A DNA stretch of 64,000 nt from the human T2T-CHM13v2.0 reference genome, Homo sapiens. The notes beneath the pieces were generated by a model. That model was not told the DNA's origin and did not search any database. It was given only the letters and a program-made list of their open reading frames with translations. Each line of letters opens with the position of its first letter. The first letter of the stretch is position 1. The stretch is from NCBI RefSeq assembly GCF_009914755.1, contig NC_060928.1. One strand, given 5' to 3'. Positions 27,066 through 40,391 of this stretch are shown here, in pieces. Position numbers and translations under genes: made by a program.

Positions 27066-27420
27066 TGTCAAATGCAGGTTCCTCAAATATTACTAACACA
27101 ATCTGTTGATAAGAGAAAGTTGAGTTTATTGCTTACTGTGGTAAGGGAGAGCCCAACTTCGACAGAGCTTTGGCAATGTCTTGAAGGGGGAAAGAAGCAA
27201 GAACAGCATGTGTTGAAAATTGGATATTTGATTTATGGTGGGCTTTCAGTTAGGAAGCTTGATTAATTCTGAGTAAAGATTAGGATACAATTGTTTAGCC
27301 CTATCTTTTGATGCTTTCCTTTGAGGATTTGGTGGGTCTTTAGGGAAGTTCTTGTAATGAACAACCGAACCATTTGCCTGGCCAAGAGACTCATGAAATA
27401 GCAGTCATATACATGCAGAC
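27066..27420 (-). mobile_element. Probable old ERV solo LTR (family unassigned; right boundary uncertain)
   Basis: Begins tgtca; gagtttattgcttactgtggtaagggaga gives AATAAA on minus ~60 bp from the terminus, as in an LTR R/U5. Confidence 0.45.
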
Positions 27421-28014
27421 AGCAAATTGTAGGGGGAAAGGGGTAGAAGGGGGTGGTAGGTAGTTTCAGTCCCCAGTGTCAATTCATGTATATAGGAAAA
27501 TGGTTGATTGTTATTATTGTTTACTCTTCTCTGTATTATTATTATTATTACATTTCTCTGAATAGGAACAAGTTAGCTTGCTATCACATTAGCTCAATTA
27601 TTAGGATAATCTATTTTAACCCACAGTTACCCAGGAGACATCAAAACCTTGAGAAATCAGACAAAGTGAAGGAAGTTCCTTGGAAGTTAGATCTGAGTAA
27701 AGCAGTAATGGGGAGGACTCCAGGAGGTGCTAGAAGGGAGTAGAATAGACATAATGAGTAGTGACATAATATCAGAAACAGACTGTGCCTACAGCATAAG
27801 CGATTTTTCTGATGTCAGGCTGCTCTTTTCCAACATTTAATCATTTACTCTGGGTTTGATTCTTAGATGGCAAGTGTCAACCATTGTATTTGTTTTGTTT
27901 TCTTTTTCCTTTTATACCCTTAGGGTACCTGAAAGAACCTTTGAGATGGCATTGCACACAGTTTTATTAGAAACAAGAGTGATATTTGCAGATAGATACA
28001 TGTGGATTCATTAA

Positions 28015-28215
28015 AGGGAGGCAATGTGGCTACAAATAAAGGGTTGTTAAGAGCTTTGGGCCCAAATGAATCTGCCTTAAGATCCTGTTTCTACTACGTA
28101 CTAGCTATGTGGCCTTGTACATGTTATTTAACCTCTCCAAACTACTCTTTCCTACAGTAAAGCTACAATATCTACTTGGAGTGATATTTTTTAAGAAAGA
28201 GGTAATTAAGCAAAT
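28015..28215 (+). mobile_element. MIR SINE
   Basis: gttaagagctttggg...actagctatgtggccttgtacatgttatttaacctctc. Confidence 0.8.
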
Positions 28216-31200
28216 AATTCCCAATAAATTATATATAATAGACAGTACAGATACGCTTTGAATTTTGTAGTTTATATGTGTGCATTCTTGCTTATGACAT
28301 ATGATCCTATCACTATATAGTAGTTGTGATTTACCTACTATATAAATACAAATTAGTAACTGCAATACATGTGACATTTCTGCTTTAAATAAAGCTGAAA
28401 TCTTCTTAATCATTATGCAAACAGTCAAAATTACAGAATTTAGTTTTAGTTGTCAATCACAACAGATGAAGTATTGTACCTAAAATGTCACCTATCTAGC
28501 AAGCAATTTTATTTTTATCTATATTCAGGGCATTCAATTTTAACATCAGTTATTGTCATTCATGTCCTCAGATAATAATATCTGCTTTTGAACTTTCTCC
28601 ATTTTTATAACATAAATTCTAGATGATCAAAAAAATCTATAATTATCCCAATAGTTTTTTTAAATCACTAGTTAACCTATAGCATTTTTTTAAATTTGGG
28701 CCTATAATCAGTTTATTGAGGCAAATAAATATAATATTCACATGTTCAACTAGACAAATTGATAAAAGAGGTTTCAAAGGATCTAATAATAAAATCAACA
28801 AAAGGCAAACTACAATTCTAATGTCAGATTTTACTTTTCTTTTTGTGTATCTTTACGTTAGTTAACAACATAAATATATCATCTCTGATTTTTTAGATAA
28901 AATTTTTCCCAAAGAGTTTTACAATGAAAAGAAATGAAACTGCATCATAAAAAAATGGCATTGTGAACATGTATAATACATTTCCTTTTAATACTATGTT
29001 GAAACTGAATAGCAACAGCATCCTTTCTCCTCTTCCTTTTCATGAAAGGTACCCAAAGAGCCCATACATCCAGGTAGCCTTCAGATATGGTGTCAAACAG
29101 CCCCTTTTTCTGTCACTCCCTGATGATGAATGAGGTTCTTTTCCTAAACAAATAAGCACTTCAGAGGGTTACCCTTGACAGGGTTGTTAATCCAGACAGC
29201 CTCTCTTATCAGTACAGAATTCAAGGGCTGAAGTTTTACAGGATCCCTGCACTGCCTGGCTCTTGGGCAGTTGTCTGGAAACTGCTTGGCCCATGGCAAC
29301 GCTTTTCAAAGAACAGCCAGGCTATGCCCTTCTCTTCAATGTTCCCTCTGCTTTCAAATCTGGTCTTCAGCTAACTAGAGATTTTTCTCTTAGAAAATTC
29401 AAATCATTTGTATTGTACTTTCAGCAATGAGTTAATATGCTACATTAACATAGTTTTTATTTTCTCTCCAGAAAAGCAATTTGCCAACATAAATTTTAGT
29501 TCATGCAAAGAAATAAAAGGGAGGTTAAATGACTGGTTCTGATCTTACAAGAGCAGAGCTAGAAACACTGCCTCTGGATTCCAGTATATGAAACACAGGG
29601 ACAATCTCCACCTCTTATCAGCAGTGTATAAATTTTTTAACCAAAACTCTCTGGCTCTTGACTTTGCTTCCATTGACATCTAGACTAAAGGTCAGCATTT
29701 CTTTTGCATTCCAGAAGCTATTAGGAATCAGCTTCAACTTATATTCCTGTTAAGAATTGATGAGTTGACCTTAATTCAATGAGGTTCAACAAATCTCTCA
29801 GTAGCATCTCTCAAAATATTGTGTCCAGATGATGGTTGAGAAATCAGAAATTCTTTAGCTAGCATATACTCTCTTGATATTTTAAAAGTATCAACGTATA
29901 TTTTTTCAATAAAAGTAACAAGTTTAAAATCAGTTTTGCCTCTGAAAATGATTAGCAGGAACTTCAGACCTCCTTCTAACCTCCTCTGTTCTTCCATTCC
30001 CACAGTGTAGCACCACAAGAGATATGTAGAAATAAAGAATGCATATTTTTTTATCCCGGTCACAAGCCTAATGTCTTAAAAGGTTTAGAAAAGGCATGTG
30101 ACAAAGCCTGTTTGAAAAGCAGAGCATAATGTGTTTTCAGTTTATAAATTATAAAATATTCAACAGCACAGGCTAACACCAAGGAATTGGTTACTGCTAG
30201 ATATCTGGAACTGTTTTTTCTTTCCTTCTCTCATGTGCTTGCTCTTTTTTCCCATTAAGAACAAAATGCAAATCAAATGCAAATGAGATGCCTTAGGCTT
30301 AGAAGACAAGAAGGAAAACAACTGTGCCAAAGAGAAAAAGAACACAGGGGGTCCCTATGAATGGTTATTAAACAAATTATCTGCTCACAGAATTTTTTGA
30401 TTGACCCAGTCCTAGGATGTTATTTCTGATTTGCATGTTGCTTGAATTTTAAAACAACCCTATAGTTCAGCAAAACAGACTCACTATTTCATATTTTGTT
30501 TTCAATGTTCTGCACAAAGAGCCTAAAAATTATACTCTATAAATATGGCTGCTCAGGGCAGAAAGTTTGCTACGTTGTTTCAATTCAGAATTGCTGCCTA
30601 GTAGATATTACACAAAATGGGAAGTCAATTCTCAACATCCTGTTAGATATGCGATTGTATTTGTTAAGAAGGAAGAGCTGAAATATGCTCTGTCTCAATA
30701 ACAATGAGCTTCTTAATACTCAGAATCTGTGTGGGTAGCAATTTAAGCCTTAAATTGGGATCTACAAGTCTTTCTGAAGATTCAATATAAATGAAAGATT
30801 AAGTGGGTCATATTAAAATGGTTCAAGAAGATTCTAGAGTATCAGGAGAGCCCAGGGTTTTCAGGTTTGATTTAAATCTATATGCATGCACATCAGATCT
30901 AATTGAAAAGGTTAAAATCTTAGGATCACTTATTTTGTAATACTCACAGGGGTTTTAGATTCTCATAAAACCCTTTCATTAAATTCCATGGCCTATTTTT
31001 AAAGTTATTTGTATTTATTTTCAACTAGTAAAGAGGAAAACATTATTTAGAAACTCAGCATAACTACATCAGTAAAATAGTACAAGCAGAGAGTTAAGCA
31101 TGAGCCCCAAACTCTCCCAACACCTAACTCCTCATACTTTTATTGTGTGGCTATGACATACTTTTCTTAGATCATCTTCAATCTTTATGGCAAAGAAAAA

Positions 31201-32267
31201 GGCTTCCTTCAAGTCACAAGACTATAGAAGTATATAGTTATGATAGTTATATGTATCCAAAAGACTGTTAAACAACTTTTTGGCATAACTTGAGACTCAA
31301 TTCAAAACATCACCATTGTTATAACTCAGTCTATTATTACAGTCCTTTATTTTATGATAATTTCAACAAATAGATGAAAATATCTCATTTCTAATGTCAA
31401 GTATAGAAACTATAATACAGCAACTCTATTAAAATAAGAAAAGACTTCATGTCTAGATAGATTTTAATCAATGCCTCTTATATCAAGATGGATAAAGTAC
31501 TGCTGAAAGATACATGTAAGTGTACCTAAGCTAAGTATACAATGGAGACTCTTAAAAGAGATTATGTAAATGAGGGCCAATTCAAAAGTAAAGTTTAAAA
31601 AAAAATGAATTAGAGAATTTATCCAGTTTCAGATGCCTTGGTTTCAGACAGTATGACAAGAACTTGATTTTCCTTTCTTAAAAAAAACGAAGTAAAGAAA
31701 AAACCATTATTTTCAGAAATAGGTGACTTTAAAAATTGAAGTTGAGAAGATGAAAATTAAAAAGAACAAATTTTGATAAGTAACAGAAAAGATTTCAGAG
31801 TAATACTTAAAACAAATCAGTGTTATATTAGAGGTAGCTGCAAGTTTAGAGCCTTGAAGTTTTGTTATGGAAATCCAAAGGATATCATATAAGACACTTT
31901 CTTTGTTCTGAAATATCTTTATTTAATCTTAGCTCTATTCTTTTGGTTTAAATTAAATCTTATGAAGAAGTCTTCTTTCTTAAAGAATTGTTGTGCCTAT
32001 CTTAAGTGAGTTTACATACAGTCCCTTATCTTTGAGTAAATAAGTGATTGGATAGTTATATTGCTATCGGTAACATTTTTCTGAGGAATTAACTAAAGAG
32101 AAAGCATTGAGTTTGAGGCATCCAGATAGAGGAGAATCTTTCAGACCTTTTGGAGAGGTATATTCCTTTCCAATATCAGGCAGATGCACATCTCAATTGC
32201 TCTTTATTTTTATCTATCTATTGACTAGGATATTCTGCTAAGGAACAAACAACAGCATCCATGGGAT

Positions 32268-32301
32268 GAGCTATCAAGTGTGAGAGAGCTATCAAGTGTG
32301 A
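32268..32301. repeat. Perfect 16-bp direct repeat, period 18
   Basis: gagctatcaagtgtga at 32268-32283 and 32286-32301. Confidence 0.95.
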
Positions 32302-33693
32302 TGTAACTGCCCCATAGAGATTGTGTTCCTTGTTTTCCTCCCTCTGTTATCTTGCTAGACAAATCTCTTCAGCCTTTAATTGCAGCCTTGACTGTGCAAT
32401 AATTAACAGTTTGGGTTGGGAGGAGGGTCTTTTTTTTTTAAGATATATATAATAGATTAGATGTTTTCAATATAAACCTCAGTTTAAGCATGGAATTGAT
32501 TTGTAAAATAGAAATTGCTTGGCAACTGTCATTTAATGGTCCACTTTTCCTGCGAGAAAGCATTTTGATTGATTGGGTATTTTTTAAGATGAATATATGA
32601 AGTTGATTTAATTGATATCAGAGCCATTCTTAACATTTATCATTAGATACAATATGTATAGCTGACTAGCATGTTATCTTTTTTTTGGAAAAGGTCAACT
32701 AAAGTGAAAGAGATTCTTCCTTTGTAGCTCCTCCCAAAATAAACATTAACTCCTGCATCTGAGAGAGCAGGCTGAGGGAAGGCTCCAGAACAATATTGTC
32801 TATGTGAGGTGGAAACTGCTACTGAGGAGCTCAGATTCAAAAATTCCCTGTAATCATGAGGCCAAATAAGCTCCAGCTGAGATAATTCACTGGGCTTTCA
32901 TGAGTTACAGTCACATCTCCTGAGAGTTTATTACAGGACAAAGTAAAGTAGATTAATTAAACCAAAATGTGCTACAAAAAAAAAATGAGAAACTGACTTC
33001 ATAATATAGCACTGTCAGACCTAGTTTAAATAGATGTTAAAAAGAAACTAATCATTAGAAAACAATTTAGCAAGAGTCAGGTAAAAAAATAATTGTTTTC
33101 TTAATGAACCCCTTTTAATAGTGTGATGATAATATTGTACAATGTTTACTCCAAATGAATATATGATATAGTGAAGATTTATTTTCTCAAGGAGATCCTA
33201 CAAAGTGATATCTCTTCATGTGTATGAAAATTTTACACTTGATTCAGTGTTTTTATATTATGAAATAAATTATTTTAATATATAATTTATATTACTAAAC
33301 TTATTCTAAGTATAAGCACATATGTGTGCATATTCATGTGTGTATATATGTTGATCAAGTTTAGAGAACCATAACTTTGGTTATTCATAGAAAAAAAATG
33401 TCAGAATAAATTTTTTTCTTCACCCTACCTTAAACATGAGTTATGATGTGGAACTGATCTCAACTTTCCATCAAATTTAGCCTTGATCAAATAAATCCCC
33501 TGGACCTAAAGCAAGGTAGGTCAGATGTTCGGTGAGACAAGAGCCTAAGACAGCTCTCCTTGCTGGCCGCCATGACCACCATTTGAACCACCATTGGTTT
33601 CCAGGACCATGTGAACCTATGGTTTTAGAAATTAAAAGTGCCATGTACTGAAAACATAAGATATACATCTCCACAATTTATTAGGCATGTTCT

Positions 33694-33837
33694 CAGGGCT
33701 GGCTACCATTTTGTGGGACCCAGTGCAAAATCAAAATTCAGGGCAACAGCAGAGCATTAAACTAAGTGCTTGGCACTTTGGCTTGGAGCCCTGTGTGACT
33801 ACACTGGTCACACCACACACCTGGGAAGCTAGCTCCG
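33694..33837. mobile_element. MER45-like hAT-Tip100 MITE, internally deleted
   Basis: cagggctggctacc...cccagtgcaaaatcaaaat...gcagagcattaaactaagtgc...gaagctagctccg. Confidence 0.82.
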
Positions 33838-35968
33838 GGCGTGCTGCAACTTCTAAGTAAGGAATAGCTCAATTTGCTACAAGTAACTTCTCCATGCATC
33901 ACATTATTCTCTATTAAAAAGTCTCAAAGCACAAATATACATTGGATATTCATTCAGAGACCTTTTACCTGGCCTCTGTTTGTGTGGCTTCATATCTTTA
34001 TGACATGGAATGAACAGCTTGGCGCCACGTTGCTGTTATCCATTAACCATTCCTGTTTTCCTAATCATCTTTGACTCCATCTTTCTCTGTCCTATCTGTT
34101 ATTGTCTTCGGAAAAGAGATGTGAGGTTTCCTTAGCCTGTTCTGGTTTACGTGACATGATTTGTGTATCTGCCTACAAGAGTTTCTCAAATGAACCCTGT
34201 GCATTATCTTCTTTCCCCAACCCCTCCTCCTCTGAAGAAAGAAGAAAAAGGTCATACATCTGTAAAATGACAGCACTTATGAAAAATGAGAGTTTGGCCC
34301 ACATGGCTCTCATCAGACACAGACTCATCTGCTGTGCCACAGACTCTGCTCATTTCCTTCAGAATCAGACTGCAGTTAAAAACAGGAAACACCTAATAAA
34401 TTGCCCATACTATCAAATTAACAAAGCATAAGGAAACTTTCCTAGGTAATCAATGAGTATTGCTTGCTTAAAAAATGCAAGTGTCAAACATAAGGAACCT
34501 AAAAATATGACCGCACTTTTCTCTATAAAACTACTTTAAGATGTCTACCTAATCTAAATTTAGAAATAAAAAAGCCTACACAGAGATATGGAAAATTGGA
34601 CTTTCTACCTAATTTTCTGTCATGAAAGGACTGAAAGCATTTCAAAAGCAGTATGACATTTTATCATATAATCATTACTCTGGGATATTTAGGCACACAC
34701 GTTTTTAAAAAACAGGATAATATGCAATAATCATACAAGTGTCAGGATTGTCAAGGTAGCCCCTTGTGTGTGAAATTCATCAGTCCCATTTTGTAATGAG
34801 AAAAAAGTCTCAATATTATAAAAAGATTTTGTCATAACAATATCTAACTGCCAAAGCTGGGTGTTTTCATTATTCTTGCCTAGAGTGAAATCAGTAATAA
34901 ACCATAAAGCCAGAGGAAATTTTCTTGAGCTATATTTTGGATTAGAAAAACGCAAGCGAATTTAAATTTCGGGGAAAATTATGCTTATGCAAGTATAACC
35001 CTTCCCACTCCTCTACTAAAAAATTTTGTCTCCATGAAAAAAATACATATAAAGGTCTGAAAATACTTTTTGCCCTAATTTCCTACAAAGCTTTTGAAAA
35101 TCTAATCATTCTAATGCATATGTGTTCTAGGTTCCATTCTTATCCTTAAAACAAACTTCTAGGAAAATGTCAAGAAAATAACTTTTTCAGAAATAACAAA
35201 AAGAATATCCCTTAAATTCCTAAGTTTGAACACACTTCTTAGGAAAACCACCTTTATTTCAAGACAGAATTCAACTGCTCTGTCCCTCAGAAGGAACACA
35301 AAATGTTTCTACCACTACTCAAAGACATTTTGCTATTCAAATCAAGAGTACCCATCACCAAGAGAGTATTTACAGGATAGAGAGAAAGTATCCTGTGCAT
35401 GAGTGACCCCTTCAGGTGCTATACTGAAAAGACTATTCTATGCACAGAGTGGGGAGGGTCTCTGCGACGCAATACAAAGTGCTAAGAATTTTCAGGGAAA
35501 AAAAAAAATTAACATAGTAATTTATTCCAAAGTTCCCTAAAAGTAATTATTTTTACAATCAAGAAAATGCTTCTTCAACTAATGCATTTCATATGCTATT
35601 CACATATATTAAACAAGAAACTTTTTGAATGCTACCTGCAAGAAATAATGATAGCCAGAATAAAAATGTCAGGTTCTATTTCAAATAATTCATACTTTGA
35701 CCGTGTAAGAATAGTAGAATTTATCAAATCATGTATCTGGATTTTTTTTCCCAGAAAATATGGCTACTACAACAATGAGAGATATAATAAAGTATAATTC
35801 CTGCACTTTAGAAGTATGGGATAAATTACAAACTGCATGAAAAAATCACTAAAATAATTTCATAATTAAGCTAGACTTGTCAAGGAAGTCAAAACTTCAT
35901 AATCTTCATAGTCTCACATAAAATGTCTGAAGCTACCCGAACAGTGGGCTGGCAGGGAAAAACAAGTA

Positions 35969-36188
35969 CAGTCATCCCTCAGTATAGCCAGGGAATTGGT
36001 TCCAGGACCTCCACATATACCAAAATCAGCACATAGCCAAGTCCCACAGTAGTACCTGTGGAACCCGCAGATGCAGAGTCAGACCTCCATATCCTGCAAA
36101 CTGTACATTTGGTCAGTGTTTGGTTGAAAAAAATCTGCATACAAGTAGACCCATGCAGTTCAAACCCATGTTGCTCATGGGTCAACTG
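35969..36188. mobile_element. MER8 (TcMar-Tigger MITE)
   Basis: TA|cagtcatccctcagtat...ttggttccaggacc...gcagttcaaacccatgttg...gggtcaactg|TA. Confidence 0.92.
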
Positions 36189-36983
36189 TATTTATAACAT
36201 GGATAATTTTGTCTCTGTGAAAACTAAAATGACATTAGAGTAGGACTCAAGCAGAATTAACAAGAATCCAACCAAGTGCCTAAGCAGGAGACGGTGAACT
36301 GCCCAACTCAAGTTGTTACGCTATGTGCGTTGCTTTCTATGAGGTGGGGCCATAATGATGTGAATCTGGAGAGCGGTGTAACACCTGTCTATAGTACAGT
36401 AGAATCCTGGACCTGGTGTGGCAGTGGAAGATGGGATGAGGGAATGCCTCAGCCAGAGTGGTGGTGGTGGTTAAATATAGGATTCAACTTCCCAGAAATG
36501 GAAGAGAAAATGAGGGTATGACTCAAATCAGCCTGATGTTGAGGGCAAGATTTCATCTTGGATGATACTTGGACTTCAAACTAGTAATCATGGGATCCAT
36601 ATGGAGTTGGCTGAGAAAAAGACAAGCTATTTTCCTATCAGAGTTCACCCACTAAACACCAGATTCAAGGAAGAAGGCAGCAGAGTGATTTCTTACCCCT
36701 TCTTTGTGGCAAGACTTAAGGCCCCTATAGGTAGTCCGAGTTAACTTTCATTGTCTCAGCAACTAAACCAAATATTGGGCAAAATGTTCCAGCAGAAATG
36801 AACGCATGGAAGGATTTGATTTGAGCGTTTGAGGAAGGGTGAGCTCTTGAAAAGAAAGCAGAGAAATACAGAATTTGTTAAGGAATAAGTGATATTTCAT
36901 GTTGTATTTATTATGGAAAGCCTGGTTATCAGGCATTCTGCTAATCATCAAATTCAGTAATCAATACTTGCATATGCGAATGG

Positions 36984-37385
36984 TGTGTTAGGCTGTTCTT
37001 GAGTTGCTACAAAGAAATGTTTGAGGCTGGGTAGTTTATAAAGAAAAGAAGTTTAATTGGCTCAGTTTCTGCAGGCTGTACCAGCATGGCTCCAGCATCT
37101 GCTTCTGATAAGGGCCTCAGGAACCTTACCATCATGGCAGAGCTGAAGCGGGAGCAGGAATATCACATAGTGAGAGCAGGAGCAAGAGAGAGTGAGGGGG
37201 AAGTTGCCACACACTTTTGAACAACCAGACATTGTGAAAACCATCACAATCACTAGGACAGCACCAAGACATCCATGAGGAATCCACCCCCATGATCCAA
37301 ACACCTCCCACCAGGCCCCACCCCCAACACTGGGGATTTCAATTCAACATGAGATTTGGAGGGGACAAACATCCAAACTGTATCA
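36984..37385 (-). mobile_element. MST (MSTA/MSTB-like) MaLR solo LTR
   Basis: tgtgttaggctgttcttg...tttataaagaaaagaagtttaattggctca...ggggacaaacatccaaactgtatca. Confidence 0.92.
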
Positions 37386-38704
37386 AGTAGTAAATAATTA
37401 TTAGCGTATAAAATAATAATATGCACACAATAAAGGTCTTCAAAGCCTTTCTGAATGATTTAAAATAATTTTGTATAATGTAATTTCATGTTAAAATATA
37501 GTTTTCATATTTAACAGAATTAGAGATTACTTAACTCTCCTAAGTTAATCACAGATCTGTGGCATTAAATTTAGCACACCGTATGGTCTTCTATGCTTGG
37601 CTCTGTCCTGATAGCAATTTTAGCAATTATTTTGCGGAACATGTAAAGGAATCCTCATCAACAATTTTAAATGACACAAAACAGTAAATTGGGTTATATA
37701 CTAGACCAAAGCAAAATTAAAAAATGATCTTGATAGGCACAAAAATGAGTACAAACTATAAATATGAAACTGAACATCAGCTATAACATACTTCTTCAAA
37801 GTTAAAAAATAATTTAATATTCTTAGATGAAAAAACCTCAAAATTGTACAGATCTAATGACAATACATTTATTTGTATATTTAATAAACTTTAAATAAAA
37901 ATAGTTTATGGTGGAAGAGATAGAATCTGACAGTTATAGATTTTATGAATGAATGAATATATAGCAATAACTGACATTTTGAAAAATGACATTAGAAAAC
38001 TTGTTCCATCAGTTAGTAAAACATAATATAAAGCTACAGTAATAAAGTTGATATGGCATGCACAAACATAGGCAGATCAATAAATCTAAAAATAGAACTA
38101 GAGACAAATGCAATAAACAATAATTGGCATTTTGAAGCATTAGGGAATAAATGAATTTATTCAATAATTATGATAAAAAACTGGTTACTTGTGGAAACAA
38201 AAAGAACCTTGTATCAAATGGATTTATTTTACATAAATAAAAAAACTAAAAGTACTAAAGGAATATAAGATAATATTTTTATACTTCTTTAGGTGGTGTT
38301 TTATTTAGATAGAAATTAAAATCAGACCACGGAGAAAAAGCTTCACACATTTGACCACATAAACTTCTATATTGCAAGACACTATAAATATACTTGAAAG
38401 ATAAACAGTAAATAAGAAAAACTGTGCAACATATTTATAAAGGGTTAATATCCATAATATAAAGATCTTATAAAATAAAGTCTACACAGTATATAAATGA
38501 GCAAAAGACAAAAAAAGGTAATTTTATGTTAACAATTATGTTAACATAAAACTTAACAATTATGTTTAAAAAGTTAACATAGTTAACAATTATGTTTAAA
38601 AAGATGCTCAGCTGAATAAAATCAAAGGAATGAAAATTAAGACAAGATGTTTTTCATTTGCCAAATTATCAAGGGTTAAAACTGTGCTATTGCACAGCAC
38701 AACG

Positions 38705-38906
38705 TAGCACAGTGCAATAGAAATTTCTGAAATGATAGAAATAGTTTGTATATGTTGCCTACTATGGTAACCACTGGCCACGGGTAGTTATTGTGCAACC
38801 TGAAGTATGACTAATGAGACTGAGAAACTAATTTTTAAATTGTATTTTAATTGTAATTAGTTTAAATAGTCACACATTGGCACTGCCTCCATTTTGAACA
38901 GCACAG
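38705..38906. mobile_element. MER3 (hAT-Charlie)
   Basis: caatagaaatttctgaaatgatagaaat...tatggtaaccactggccac...gactgagaaactaatttttaaatt...tttgaacagcacag. Confidence 0.88.
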
Positions 38907-38936
38907 CTATAGATAATAAATGGTGTTTTTGAGGGC

Positions 38937-39299
38937 CGTATTAGTCCATTCTCATGCTGCTATGAAGAAATTTCTGAGACTGGGTAATTAATAAACAAAA
39001 GAAGTTTAATTGACTCACAGTCCCGCATGGCTGGAGAGGCCTCAGGAAACGTACAATCATGGCGGGAGGCACCCCTTCACATTCACAGGGCGGCAGGAGA
39101 GAGAAAAAGTACTGAGTGAAGGGGATAGCCCCCTTATAAAACCATGAGATCTCGTGAGAACTCATTCACTATCACGAGAACAGCATGGCGGCAACTGCCT
39201 CCGTGATTCAATTATCTCCATCTGGTGCTGCCCTTGACATGTGGGGATTATTACAATTCAAGGTGAGATTTGGGTTGGGGACACAGCCAAACGACATCA
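38937..39299 (-). mobile_element. THE1 (THE1C-like) solo LTR
   Basis: gtattagtccattctcatgctgctatgaagaaa...gacacagccaaacgacatca; 5-bp TSD aggg(c/g). Confidence 0.93.
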
Positions 39300-40024
39300 A
39301 GGGGCAAGGAAAATGGCAACAATCATACCCTGATGGTATGAGTATAAATTGATAGATTTAAGAGGAATATTTGCAGGAAAAAATTCTAATATTTTTAACA
39401 GTAATGTTTACAGTGTTTTTACATTAGTATTCTCTCTAGTCTAGCAATTCCATTACTAGAAATTTTCTTATGAAATACTCCTACAAGTAAGCAGAGGTAT
39501 ATACAATAGTAGTTTTATTACAGCCTTAAAACAATCATATTGTTCATCAATACGAGTTTGGTTAAACTGTTGTACCTTTAAGCAATAAAACAGAAAACAA
39601 CTTTAGAAAAATGTTTGATAAATATTTACTGTCATGGAAAAATGTTTATAGTGTGGGGTTAAGTGAAAAAGCAAATTAATCAATATGAAATTTATCTTAT
39701 AATTTTCTATTAATTGAAATATTTGATTAATAAGACTGGGCTATGTGCATAACATTCTGATATATCTTATCACAATACATGTTCATTCCAGATAATTAGA
39801 AAATACAGAAAGCAAATACAATAAATTTTAAATTACTCATAATCTTGTCAGCACTTAAGGAACTTTATTAAAACTTTAACATAGAAATTACAATACAATA
39901 CTATTCTGTATTTTTTTCCAACTAAAACTATATCAAAAACGTCTTTTCATATCAATAAGTCAGTTAAAATTACTTCAGAGTGTTCCATTTTGCTTGTTAC
40001 AATAATTTATTTAAACAACTTTGA

Positions 40025-40391
<367 letters not shown>

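Larger units (their letters stand above)
37950..39700 (+). mobile_element. Highly decayed L1M (L1MC/ME-type) ORF2-3'UTR remnant, interrupted by MER3 and THE1
   Basis: ataaagctacagtaataaag, aagggttaatatccataatataaaga, aaaagatgctca, ctagcaattccattactagaaattt. Confidence 0.7.
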
